Positions 1-10,372 are shown, counted from the first letter of the whole stretch. The stretch is 62,527 bases of DNA, filler included, from 15 parts of 15 records of this genome joined end to end with filler, not necessarily neighbours in it; one strand, 5' to 3'. Made by a program: numbers and translations. Notes: generated from the sequence alone by a model not told the origin.

Positions 1-1128
1 CTCTCGCCACAATTTGTTGACCGCGTAATTGCCCTCCTACCACCCACACTCCCTCTCCAAGTTGCTGCCCCGCTAATCGATGATGAGAGTTTCTGGGAGC
101 GCAGTAGTGTAGCGCGGTGGCGGAACTGCCAGCCGCAGGAGCACGGCAACTCATGGAAGCGGCTGTACCTGGAGAAGCATCTTGCGGAGGCCCTGGAGCA
201 GTACGACTACGCGGGGACAGATGCACAGAACTTTGATACGTTGCTGCGTGTGTGCGCGCCGCACGTGGTGCACCTGAACGTGGGCCAGGTTCTCTCCCGC
301 GTGGACGCACGACGTCTTCTGTCTCTACTGCCGCGGTTGGCCACGCTGCGCATCTGCTACACGGCGCGCAAGGTCGGGATGGACTTTGACTGGTCCATGT
401 TTGGGATGCATGCGGACGATGCGGCACAGCTGGCGGCGGGGTTGAAGGAGACGCGGTCGCTGAGTACGCTGGTGCTGGAGCGGTGCATGCTGGATGATGA
501 GTGTGTGAAGAAGATCAGCGAGGGCATCGCACAGAACAACACACTCACCGTACTGGGTACGTCATGAGCGGTCTCACTTGGTGTTGATGATTTGCGTTGT
601 GCTTACTTGTACGACTGTGTAGATCTCTCACACAACAAGATCACGGACGAAGGTGCCCGTGCCCTCGCCAAAGCCCTCCGCTCCGAGCGCTGTGTGATGC
701 GCCATGTGGACCTCTCAGACAACCAGATCCGCGCCCACGGTGCCAAGGCCCTCGGCATGGCGCTGCGGTCCTCCCCCTCCCTGCGCTGGCTCTTCCTGCG
801 TCTCAACCGGCTCGGTGATGACGGGGCGCACCAGCTGTGTCAGGCCGCAGCACGCAGCCCGGCCCTGGTGGAGCTGTCGATCGCAGCGAACGGCATGACG
901 GGGGCCAGCGTGCCGGATATTGCGTCGCTGATGCAGCGTGTGTCGACACTGACTGCGCTGGACATTTCGTGCAACCCGCTGGGGACGGACAGTGCGCGGG
1001 GGCTGCGGGAGGCGGTGGATGCTTCGCCGCATGTGCGCACGATTGATGTGCGGCAGACCAACATTGCCGTGGATGCAGCTGTGGCGATCACTAGTGCGGT
1101 GCGGCACAGGGGAGTTGCGGCTGAGTAA
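1..1128 (+). CDS. DRC5: Dynein regulatory complex subunit 5 (TCTE1-like LRR protein), 5'-partial; exons <1-556 and 623-1128
   Basis: Frame 1 reads LPLQVAAPLIDDESFWERSSVARW...HGNSWKRLYLEKHL and VGMDFDWSMFG, followed by RI-type LRRs (LDLSHNKITDEGARALA, LRLNRLGDDGA), matching TCTE1/DRC5. GT-AG intron 557-622 restores the frame. Indicates a flagellated eukaryote. Confidence 0.9.
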
Positions 1129-1343
1129 CCTGTTCTTGCTTATGTGACTTGCTCAATTGTATGAAAATGTGCTTTCGATAACCTCGAGTGCTAGTTGATG
1201 TATTCGCTGATAAGAAAAATATATATATACGCGGACTGCAGCCACTGTACCCGTTACTACGGGTCGTGGTGGCGTGCTCGCTTTGACGACATTTGATGTT
1301 ACTAGCGCACCTCTGATGAGCAGATTCGTGATCGCCTTGCATA

Positions 1344-2099
1344 CTACGGTAACCCTGCACAACTCAGCTCCGTAGAATGTCCTTGATTGCCGGGCTTGCA
1401 TCGAATGCGCCTGTTTCCGAACCACGTGCTGATTTGCGAGACTGTGAGCCCACATACAGCGGCAAGCTCCTCTTTCTGCGTGTCGCTCGGATACTACACA
1501 TGCTATTGTGAGGGTTGTCGCGAAAGGAAGTACGAAGACCATCACCGTCTAATCAGCGTATGGTACTCATTTTTCACGCAGAACAACCGTACCATGTTGG
1601 CTTCAAAAAATCGGTTGAGGATCCCGGTTACATGCTTTGAAAATACGCGACGACGACCTGCCAAAGATGACGCTGGTTTGAATCGTAGCGAAGCCTCCAC
1701 ACGCTTCAGAATAGTCAGCTGTAACAGCAATAGTCCTTTGAGCACCGGCTGATCACATTGTTCGTGCGCGAGAGTAAGTCTGGTTACAGCCTCTGTTGCA
1801 CGATGCAGAATTTGGCTTGATCGATTTTTCACGTCGGGTCTATCCAGTATTCTCGGATCTAACGCGGGGATTGGAAACGCAGTCGCACTTTGCTGTGTTG
1901 CTTCCATAAACATGAAATGCAAAGATTCCAGAGATAGCGAATAGTCTGAGTCAGTATGTGGGTGTGGTGTATCGCTCCACAACGTAAAAGTATCCTCAAG
2001 ATTGACGCTGTGAGGAACAATGCATGCTTGTCCATCATCGACAGATTGACAGCGATTTTTCAACATAACGGTGTACCCTTTCAGCTTTGGATACGTCAT
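1344..2099 (-). CDS. Homeodomain protein with PBX-like recognition helix, about 218 aa; exons 2099-1593 and 1493-1344
   Basis: Splicing the phase-0 intron GTACGG...TGTAG (1592-1494) gives [55 protein letters not shown]. Compare PBX RRNFNKQATEILNEYF...[33 protein letters not shown]. First in-frame ATG is at 2099 and the TAG stop is at 1346-1344. Confidence 0.88.
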
Positions 2100-2302
2100 T
2101 GTCCGCTCCAGCACGCAAATTATTCGCCGAATACGACGATGTATAATCGAATTCCTGAACAGAAAAATCAATCTGTCTAACAACTTTTCATGTCTATATA
2201 AGGATGCGTACAGCTTTACAAAAGTGACGTCCGTAGAAGACCACCGTAAGACTTCTGGCCAAGCATTCGAGCCAAGCAGTTAGCAATCGGAAACTGATCA
2301 GT
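2100..2302. promoter_or_regulatory. Putative bidirectional promoter between the two homeobox genes
   Basis: 203 bp separate the divergent ATGs. CTATATAAG at about 2193-2201 lies almost centrally and is TATA-like on both strands. Confidence 0.5.
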
Positions 2303-2986
2303 ATGACCTATCCGAACCGAATATCATACAGAGTTACACGCCCCACCACTGTACAACCAAGCACAACTTCAGGACGCTCCTTTCCGCTGGTATTGCAAAC
2401 TAGTACATCGCTGCGGGATCAGTGTTCAGGGGGCTTCAAGGATGACGTGCTTCAGCAGGTTCTCAAATCCCCACTCGATGCAAAAGCAGTAGAGGATATC
2501 CTGCGCCAGCTGCAACATGAGGTTTTAAGCTCCAGCGGAGACAAAAGGTTAGGTTTAATTATCACTGTCGTTCGCGAATGGCTCGATGCGTTGCGTGACC
2601 CGATCTGTCAGTATACGGATGCAGTCCTCAAAGCGGTCATGGAACAAGTCAAGGAGATAAATGCATTTTCTCCCTGCGAGAAGCGATCGACCGAAGATTC
2701 TGATGAATCGCCGAAGCGTCGTGGCAAGCTCCCCGCTAAGGGCACTCGAGTCCTGCGCGAGTGGGTGGATGCACATCTGTCCGATCCGTACCCCAACGAG
2801 GAGGAGAAGCTGCAGCTAGCGGCGCAGTCGGGCCTCACGCTGCACCAGCTCTCGCACTGGTTCATCAACATCCGGCGCCGCTACGTGCACCCGCTGCTCA
2901 ACCGGCAGCAGACGGCGCTTGGGGACGCACAGGCGCATGATGGGTCGTCGCAAGAGCTGCAGGCGGCCGATGGGATGGGGGCATGA
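2303..2986 (+). CDS. TALE-class homeodomain protein (MEIS/KNOX/TGIF-type helix 3), 227 aa
   Basis: KRRGKLPAKGTRVLREWVDAHLSDPYPNEEEKLQLAAQSGLTLHQLSHWFINIRRRY has the three-residue loop extension, PYP and WFIN (I50). An apparently amphipathic helical region lies upstream. Start codon is predicted. Confidence 0.93.
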   Translation: MTYPNRISYRVTRPTTVQPSTTSGRSFPLVLQTSTSLRDQCSGGFKDDVLQQVLKSPLDAKAVEDILRQLQHEVLSSSGDKRLGLIITVVREWLDALRDPICQYTDAVLKAVMEQVKEINAFSPCEKRSTEDSDESPKRRGKLPAKGTRVLREWVDAHLSDPYPNEEEKLQLAAQSGLTLHQLSHWFINIRRRYVHPLLNRQQTALGDAQAHDGSSQELQAADGMGA

Positions 2987-3171
2987 TGGCCGACCCGCTC
3001 AGTGACGGCTTCTCGCCCGGGTGCGCAGACGTGTAAAGACTGCATGGGTGAGGGGAATGTGTGCACATAATAGTTGTTACAAGCAGGGAAGCTTGTTGTG
3101 GATGATATGGTGCAACGATGCAGTGAATGTTCTGATGACACACACGAGGCCGAGCTGCACATGTTTATTGC

Positions 3172-4001
3172 TTATGCGACGAGCTCGTAGGGGATGGCGT
3201 GCAGGTCCTCAGGGGCGTACTTCTTGGCGCGCACAAAGTGGGCGAGCTTGGGCTGCGTGGGCACCCGTTGGATGACTGTACAACCGCGTTACATTGCAGT
3301 TCACACAGAATGATGGCACAAAGCATGCACAAACATTTACAGTTCCCCACTCCAAACACATATATGTGCAACTCACTACAGTTACAGAGAGAGCATATAT
3401 GCAGAACGGATCCCCTCAATCACACAAAGCACACACGCACAAACAACGCCACTGATTTGCCCAAGCAAAATAGCAGCCTGCATACACACAGCCCTATATG
3501 AAGAATGCTACCCAACGAATTCAGTGACACAAACGCATACAACGCTTCTCACACAAAGTACGTACAGTCAGCCTTGACACCCGCCTTGCCGGCAACCGCG
3601 GCGCGGGCCTCTGTGTTGTGCTTTACGCGCTTGAGGAAATCCTCGCGGCAGCGTGAGGGGTGGACGTGCTCCAAGCGGACGTAGATGCGCTTGTTGAGCA
3701 TGCGCTGGCGAACGCGCTTAGCAACCTCAACACCGACACCGCGGCGAGTAACTGTGAACACGCGACCAGTGCGGCCGTGGTAGTACCGGAAAGGCATACC
3801 CTGAAGAAAAATTAAGCACATGTTCTAGACACAAAGTGAAATTACGACGCACAGCCTGAACGTTGGCGCTGGCCTTGATGTCAACGAAGTCGCGACCCTG
3901 AAGTTGGTCAGGTAAGTCGACAGATGCAGGGGACCGTGGTTCTTGAACCCGCGGCTGAACTTGTGCCGCGTGTTGTTGCGGAGACCTCCAGAGCGACCCA
4001 T
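3172..4001 (-). CDS. RPL21: 60S ribosomal protein L21 (eL21); exons 4001-3853, 3800-3566 and 3275-3172; apparent 1-nt deletion near 3893
   Basis: MGRSGGLRNNTRHKFSRGF...YLTNFRV(G)DFVDIK...QA|GMPFRYYHGRTGRV...KRIYVRLEHVHPSRCREDFLKRVK...IPYELVA*. GT-AG introns at 3852-3801 and 3565-3276, with a probable 5'-UTR intron at 4112-4004. Confidence 0.95.
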
Positions 4002-4312
4002 ATCTAAGACACACAAAAACTTAGAAGACGCAAAATCGAAGTGAATGTCGTCAAGCACTGGGCAACAGTGACAATTTTAACAATCCTACACGAAGTACAG
4101 ATCGCTGCTTACCTTATATCACGTTCACAGCAAAAAGGGAGAGACGATCGAAAGCGGATGCCTTCATTGCGAAACAGCTGGGCTACTACACTGGGACGAA
4201 GTTGCCACGCAGCAACTTCCTCATTTCTCCTCTACACGGCCTGCTATTTTTTCGGGGTCCACTCCACTGCACTAAAAGCTGTGTCTCGAGCCGCGCGTCT
4301 ATTGCGCGTAGA

Positions 4313-4821
4313 ATGACGGAAACGTACGAACCGCGCAAGCCGCAATCACAAGTTCCGTTGGTGTTTTCCAATGATGGCATGTCTTGCTTCATCCCGGCAG
4401 GAAACGAAGTGTTGTGCCTAAGTACCACCACTGGAGAATTGATCTATGCACTGAGCGGTCATACGGATGCTGTAACTGCGATCACCTTGTGCGCATCAGG
4501 TTCACAAATTGCAACCGGCTCCGAGGACACGACTATCAAAATATGGGATGTGCGTGATGGACATCTTTTGAAGGTACTGGATATCGCATTGGTTTGTGTT
4601 CTATGATTTGCTCATTAGGATGACAGTCACATACCGTGGATTACGGCATCTCCCGCATGACGTATGTAACCATGCACAACAATCTTGTGGTCGCGTACAA
4701 CAAGCCGCGCAAAGAAAACGTGAAGCCGCGGTCCTTCATCTCACAAGTATCAGTCAAGACGGGGCGTGTGCAGCTTTTGTTCAAGTGCCGTGGCATTCCT
4801 ACGGGCCTGGTTACCGTAGTC
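4313..4821 (+). CDS. WD40 protein, WDR75/UTP17-like, 3'-partial
   Basis: PLVFSNDG...AGNEVLCLSTTTGELIYALSGHTDAVTAI...IATGSEDTTIKIWDVRDGHLLK resembles the WDR75 N-terminus. An intron follows, and the gene is cut by the spacer. Confidence 0.6.
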
Positions 4822-4921
4822 NNNNNNNNNNNNNNNNNNNNNNNNNNNNNNNNNNNNNNNNNNNNTTAATTAATTAANNNNNNNNNNNNNNNNNNNNNNN
4901 NNNNNNNNNNNNNNNNNNNNN
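4822..4921. other. Artificial contig spacer (first of 14)
   Basis: 44 N + TTAATTAATTAA (stops in all six frames) + 44 N. The same spacer recurs at 9657-9756, 12348-12447, 14466-14565, 16714-16813, 24876-24975, 30740-30839, 35067-35166, 38604-38703, 41168-41267, 43315-43414, 48671-48770, 50882-50981 and 54755-54854. Confidence 0.99.
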
Positions 4922-5280
<359 letters not shown>

Positions 5281-6525
5281 TTAACACAAGCGTTTTTCGA
5301 TCCAGTCGGTGATTTCCTGAAGACCTTTGTCAAAATTCCGATACACCGGGTTAAATGGGATCTCTAATAATTTACCGTCAGCAGATGATGAGGTGATTAA
5401 GCGTGAGTCCTCTTCCGGGCTGAACGGATCGTTCTTCCAGTAGCCTGATAACATTGGCGTTGGGCAGCGACGTCCCAGCAATCCTTGCACTTTTAATGAA
5501 TAGCGATTCAGCTCCACGCGCAACGCTTCATCGGAAGCATCATGCATCCCCAAACGACTGGCCAGAACGTCAAGATACATTTCCGGCACCTGTTGCTGGC
5601 ACTTAAAATCACTCAACAGGGTATGAACTACCGGACCAAGACAGGCAACCGCTTTCAGACGCGGCGATTCAAGGTATGCCAGACGCACGGCAACGTTAGC
5701 GCCGAAACGGAAACCAAAGGCCGCGACGCGAGTGTGATCCACCCACGGTACGTTAGGCAGCGCCTTTAAGACGTGCTGATGCAACAGGCTGGAGTCCTGG
5801 GTGAGCTTCCATTTTGAAGAAAAGCCCACCGACGGCATATCAATAGTCAGCATCGCAATGCCGCGCGGCGCAAAATAACGTTCATACAGGCTGTAATAGT
5901 CCGTCTGCATCGCATCCAGACCACCACACATTAATACCGTCGGGAACGGGCCATCGCCTTTCGGCATATGCAAAAAGCCGGTGATGGGCGCACCGCCGGG
6001 TACGGTAAACTCCATCTGCCGCATCGTGCCCGGTAGACGCTGAGCGGCCTCTTCATAGGCGCGGTTTGACAAAGCCTGCGCTTGCTCGGCCAGGTCATCT
6101 CCTTTCAGATGAGGATAGGCGGCAATGTTGTACAACGTAGCCGCATGCAGCCAGTGACGACCACTGAGTTGCGGATCGTCTTCCGCACAGGCTTTTTGTT
6201 GCCACACCATCGCCTGGGTGGCCCACTCATAAATCCAGTTGCCGCCACGGTAGCCAATCACCGTATCGTATAAATCATCGTCGGTACGTTCGGCATCGCT
6301 CATCACAATACGTGCCTGGACGTCGAGGATTTCGCGTGGGTCAATGCCGCGCCAGATCCACATCAGACGGTTAATCATGCGATACCAGTGAGGGATGGTT
6401 TTACCATCAAGGGCCGACTGCACAGGCGGTTGTGCGCCGTGATTAAAGCGGCGGACTAGCGTCGAGGTTTCAGGATGTTTAAAGCGGGGTTTGAACAGGG
6501 TTTCGCTCAGGTTTGCCTGTGTCAT
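5281..6525 (-). CDS. frsA: Esterase FrsA (fermentation/respiration switch)
   Basis: 414 aa [21 protein letters not shown]; alpha/beta hydrolase with GFRFG; gpt-frsA-crl synteny. Confidence 0.98.
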
Positions 6526-6577
6526 GGATGCAGCCTCCAGAATACTTACTGGAAACTATTGTAACCCGCCTGAAGTT

Positions 6578-6610
6578 AAAAAGAACAACGCCCGGCAGTG
6601 CCAGGCGTTG
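6578..6610 (-). terminator. Intrinsic terminator-like hairpin after gpt
   Basis: CAACGCCTGGCACTGCCGGGCGTTG followed by TTCTTTTT on the minus strand. Confidence 0.65.
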
Positions 6611-6616
6611 AAAAGA

Positions 6617-7075
6617 TTAGCGACCGGAGATTGGCGGGACGAATACGACGCCCATATCCCACGGCTGTTCAATCCAGGTATCTTGCGGGATATCAACAAC
6701 ATAGTCATCAACCAGCGGACGACCAGCCGGTTTTGCGAAGATGGTGACAAAGTGCGCTTTTGGATACATTTCACGAATCGCAACCGCAGTACCACCGGTA
6801 TCCACCAGGTCATCAATAACGATGAAGCCTTCGCCATCGCCTTCTGCGCGTTTCAGCACTTTAAGCTCGCGCTGGTTGTCGTGATCGTAGCTGGAAATAC
6901 AAACGGTATCGACATGACGAATACCCAGTTCACGCGCCAGTAACGCACCCGGTACCAGACCGCCACGGCTTACGGCAATAATGCCTTTCCATTGTTCAGA
7001 AGGCATCAGTCGGCTTGCGAGTTTACGTGCATGGATCTGCAACATGTCCCAGGTGACGATGTATTTTTCGCTCAT
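6617..7075 (-). CDS. gpt: Xanthine-guanine phosphoribosyltransferase
   Basis: 152 aa [20 protein letters not shown] with PRPP motif [11 protein letters not shown]. Confidence 0.99.
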
Positions 7076-7335
7076 GTGAAGTGTCCCAGCCTGTTTATCT
7101 ACGGCTTAAAAAGTGTTCGAGGGGAAAATAGGTTGCGCGAGATTATAGAGATCTGGCGCACTAAAAACCAGTATTTCACATGAGTCCGCGTCTTTTTACG
7201 CACTGCCTCTCCCTGACGCGGGATAAAGTGGTATTCTCAAACATATCTCGCAAGCCTGTCTTGTGTTGACAACATTTTCTGCTAACCCTGTGACCTGCAA
7301 TACTGTTTTGCGGGTGATCGACAAGGAGACTTAAC

Positions 7336-8793
7336 GTGTCTGAACTGTCTCAATTATCTCCACAGCCGCTGTGGGATATTTTTGCCAAAATCTGTTCTAT
7401 TCCTCACCCGTCCTATCATGAAGAGCAACTCGCTGAATACATTGTTGGTTGGGCAAAAGAGAAAGGTTTCCATGTCGAACGCGATCAGGTAGGTAATATC
7501 CTGATTCGTAAACCTGCTACCGCAGGTATGGAAAATCGTAAACCGGTCGTCTTACAGGCCCACCTCGATATGGTGCCGCAGAAAAATAACGACACCGTGC
7601 ATGACTTCACGAAAGATCCTATCCAGCCTTATATTGATGGCGAATGGGTTAAAGCGCGCGGCACCACGCTGGGTGCGGATAACGGCATTGGTATGGCCTC
7701 TGCGCTGGCGGTTCTGGCTGACGAAAACGTGGTTCACGGCCCGCTGGAAGTGCTGCTGACCATGACCGAAGAAGCCGGTATGGACGGTGCGTTCGGCTTA
7801 CAGGGCAACTGGTTGCAGGCTGATATTCTGATTAACACCGACTCCGAAGAAGAAGGTGAAATCTACATGGGTTGTGCGGGGGGTATCGACTTCACCTCCA
7901 ACCTGCATTTAGATCGTGAAGCGGTTCCAGCTGGTTTTGAAACCTTCAAGTTAACCTTAAAAGGTCTGAAAGGCGGTCACTCCGGCGGGGAAATCCACGT
8001 TGGGCTGGGTAATGCCAACAAACTGCTGGTGCGCTTCCTGGCGGGTCATGCGGAAGAACTGGATCTGCGCCTTATCGATTTCAACGGCGGCACACTGCGT
8101 AACGCCATCCCGCGTGAAGCCTTTGCGACCATTGCTGTCGCAGCTGATAAAGTCGACGTCCTGAAATCTCTGGTGAATACCTATCAGGAGATCCTGAAAA
8201 ACGAGCTGGCAGAAAAAGAGAAAAATCTGGCCTTGTTGCTGGACTCTGTAGCGAACGATAAAGCTGCCCTGATTGCGAAATCTCGCGATACCTTTATTCG
8301 TCTGCTGAACGCCACCCCGAACGGTGTGATTCGTAACTCCGATGTAGCCAAAGGTGTGGTTGAAACCTCCCTGAACGTCGGTGTGGTGACCATGACTGAC
8401 AATAACGTAGAAATTCACTGCCTGATCCGTTCACTGATCGACAGCGGTAAAGACTACGTGGTGAGCATGCTGGATTCGCTGGGTAAACTGGCTGGCGCGA
8501 AAACCGAAGCGAAAGGCGCATATCCTGGCTGGCAGCCGGACGCTAATTCTCCGGTGATGCATCTGGTACGTGAAACCTATCAGCGCCTGTTCAACAAGAC
8601 GCCGAACATCCAGATTATCCACGCGGGCCTGGAATGTGGTCTGTTCAAAAAACCGTATCCGGAAATGGACATGGTTTCTATCGGGCCAACTATCACCGGT
8701 CCACACTCTCCGGATGAGCAAGTTCACATCGAAAGCGTAGGTCATTACTGGACACTGCTGACTGAACTGCTGAAAGAAATTCCGGCGAAGTAA
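7336..8793 (+). CDS. pepD: Peptidase D (aminoacyl-histidine dipeptidase, M20 family)
   Basis: 485 aa with QAHLDMV, LGADNG and TEEAG motifs; GTG start with AAGGAG RBS. Confidence 0.99.
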   Translation: MSELSQLSPQPLWDIFAKICSIPHPSYHEEQLAEYIVGWAKEKGFHVERDQVGNILIRKPATAGMENRKPVVLQAHLDMVPQKNNDTVHDFTKDPIQPYIDGEWVKARGTTLGADNGIGMASALAVLADENVVHGPLEVLLTMTEEAGMDGAFGLQGNWLQADILINTDSEEEGEIYMGCAGGIDFTSNLHLDREAVPAGFETFKLTLKGLKGGHSGGEIHVGLGNANKLLVRFLAGHAEELDLRLIDFNGGTLRNAIPREAFATIAVAADKVDVLKSLVNTYQEILKNELAEKEKNLALLLDSVANDKAALIAKSRDTFIRLLNATPNGVIRNSDVAKGVVETSLNVGVVTMTDNNVEIHCLIRSLIDSGKDYVVSMLDSLGKLAGAKTEAKGAYPGWQPDANSPVMHLVRETYQRLFNKTPNIQIIHAGLECGLFKKPYPEMDMVSIGPTITGPHSPDEQVHIESVGHYWTLLTELLKEIPAK

Positions 8794-8805
8794 TTATTTG
8801 ATTTG

Positions 8806-8837
8806 CTGCCGGATGGCGTTTAATCGCCTTCCGGCAG
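8806..8837. repeat. REP-like palindrome between convergent pepD and prfH
   Basis: CTGCCGGATGGCG-TTTAAT-CGCCTTCCGGCAG hairpin. Confidence 0.6.
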
Positions 8838-8849
8838 TTTCATCCTTCA

Positions 8850-9350
8850 TTATCCTTCGATAAAAGCCATCCCTGTAAATGTCCGTCGCGGGTTGCCACG
8901 TTCAATCTGGTGATGGAACATTCGCCGCTGCGATTTCAGCGCCGCGCTATTTTCCTGTTGCTGTTGCTCCAGCTTCCAGGCAATCAGCAATCGTGCCAGC
9001 CGCTTGTTAGCATGCTGACTACGCTCTGACTGAACCTTCACGCTAATACCGGATGCCAAATGCGTGGCGCGTACCGCCGAGTCGGTTTTATTGACATGTT
9101 GACCGCCCGGCCCCGACGAACGCAGCGTCTCATAACGGATTGCATCCGATTGTTCCTGCTCATCAGCGGTAAAACGCCCAATGCCCAGAAACCAGTTTTT
9201 GCGCCCATGATGAGGCCGATACGGACTCGGACAAATCCACTGAATAGTGCCACACCAGCTTTCGCTTAATGCCCATGCGTTATCGCCATCGAGAGAAACC
9301 AGCGCCGAACGCAGTGTGTCAGAGTAGCGGCCCGTTTCTGTTTCCAGCAC
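8850..9350 (-). pseudogene. prfH: Peptide release factor homologue PrfH, N-terminally truncated
   Basis: [24 protein letters not shown] motif and SERSQHANK. The normal N-terminus is absent and the frame overlaps the ykfJ fragment. Confidence 0.9.
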
Positions 9351-9585
9351 CGTTACCGCGACGTCTTGCCGGGTAAAAACGACCAACAGAGAAGAACGCT
9401 GCGCCAATCGGGTAGCCGCGTCCGGGGTGTAAATCTGGCATCCCCACTACGCGCTGCATGTTGGGTAAATTTGCCGTGGTGTGTAATTGTTGGATCGCTA
9501 AACTCTCGATCCACAGGTCATCAGATGCGATGGTAAATACCGCATCGGATAAGGGACGAATATATTTGCCCATGTACCATTCCAT
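9319..9585 (-). pseudogene. ykfJ: RtcB-family RNA ligase (RtcB2) N-terminal fragment
   Basis: [18 protein letters not shown] RtcB motif; similarity ends after GRFYPA, at 88 aa. Confidence 0.9.
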
Positions 9586-9586
9586 T

Positions 9587-9656
9587 TATACTCGTCATAC
9601 TTCAAGTTGCATGTACTGCGACTGCGTTCGTTCACCCCAGTCACTTACTTATGTAA
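9587..9656. repeat. ERIC/IRU element, partial (cut by contig end)
   Basis: TATACTCGTCATACTTCAAGTTGCA...TTCACCCCAGTCACTTACTTATGTAA matches the ERIC terminal and core inverted repeat. Confidence 0.85.
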
Positions 9657-10372
9657 NNNNNNNNNNNNNNNNNNNNNNNNNNNNNNNNNNNNNNNNNNNN
9701 TTAATTAATTAANNNNNNNNNNNNNNNNNNNNNNNNNNNNNNNNNNNNNNNNNNNNAACTAGGGTGTTTTTGTTTTGGAGTTGGGGGTGGGGGGAGTGTG
9801 TGATCTTGGTAGATCAGCTGGTAGACGGGCGGAGTATGATGCAGATGCGCCTAGTGTTTTATACACTGTACAACGTTTAGCAACAGACACCCCACCCCGT
9901 TCGTGCTCGCGCTGACTGCCATAGCACGCATCGCAACGCGATTCTGCTTCCACGCAGTCGTTCTCGGAACACCCCCACCCCACCCACCCCAAAACTATCA
10001 AAAATATTGCACCTTACACATTTCGCACGTAACTCCTTTGCTGCTGCTGCAAAAATTAAGCTGGTGTGTGACACGACGGCAAAATAGGAATACGAGACAG
10101 CTTCTGCCCACTGCTCCTCATTCCACTAGTCTCACACCCTTTCTCAAAAACAAAGCCACCGACCCATCTCACAGAATCTCACGCAAAACGCAACACACTC
10201 GCACATCCAACACAGCAAGCCGTACGGGTCACGACTGTGTTGCACTACAGCCCGTACAAGTGAGTAACACAGAAAAAGGAGCATCACGATCGAGCCGCTA
10301 CCGCAGTACCACGCCCGTTCGCAACGCAACCCCCACAACAAAAACCTGACCCACTCCAACCCAGCACCCCCG

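Noticed and set aside
3186-3196. Second apparent frameshift near the RPL21 C-terminus
   Set aside because: Recounting shows four Gs at 3190-3193, so ATC CCC TAC GAG CTC GTC GCA TAA is in frame.
3276-3565. snoRNA in the 290-nt RPL21 intron
   Set aside because: No properly ordered C box and D box, and no convincing H/ACA structure, on the sense strand.
4866-4877. Recurrent TTAATTAATTAA palindrome as a biological repeat or CRISPR-like array
   Set aside because: It is always centred in exactly 44+44 Ns, so it is an artificial six-frame-stop linker.
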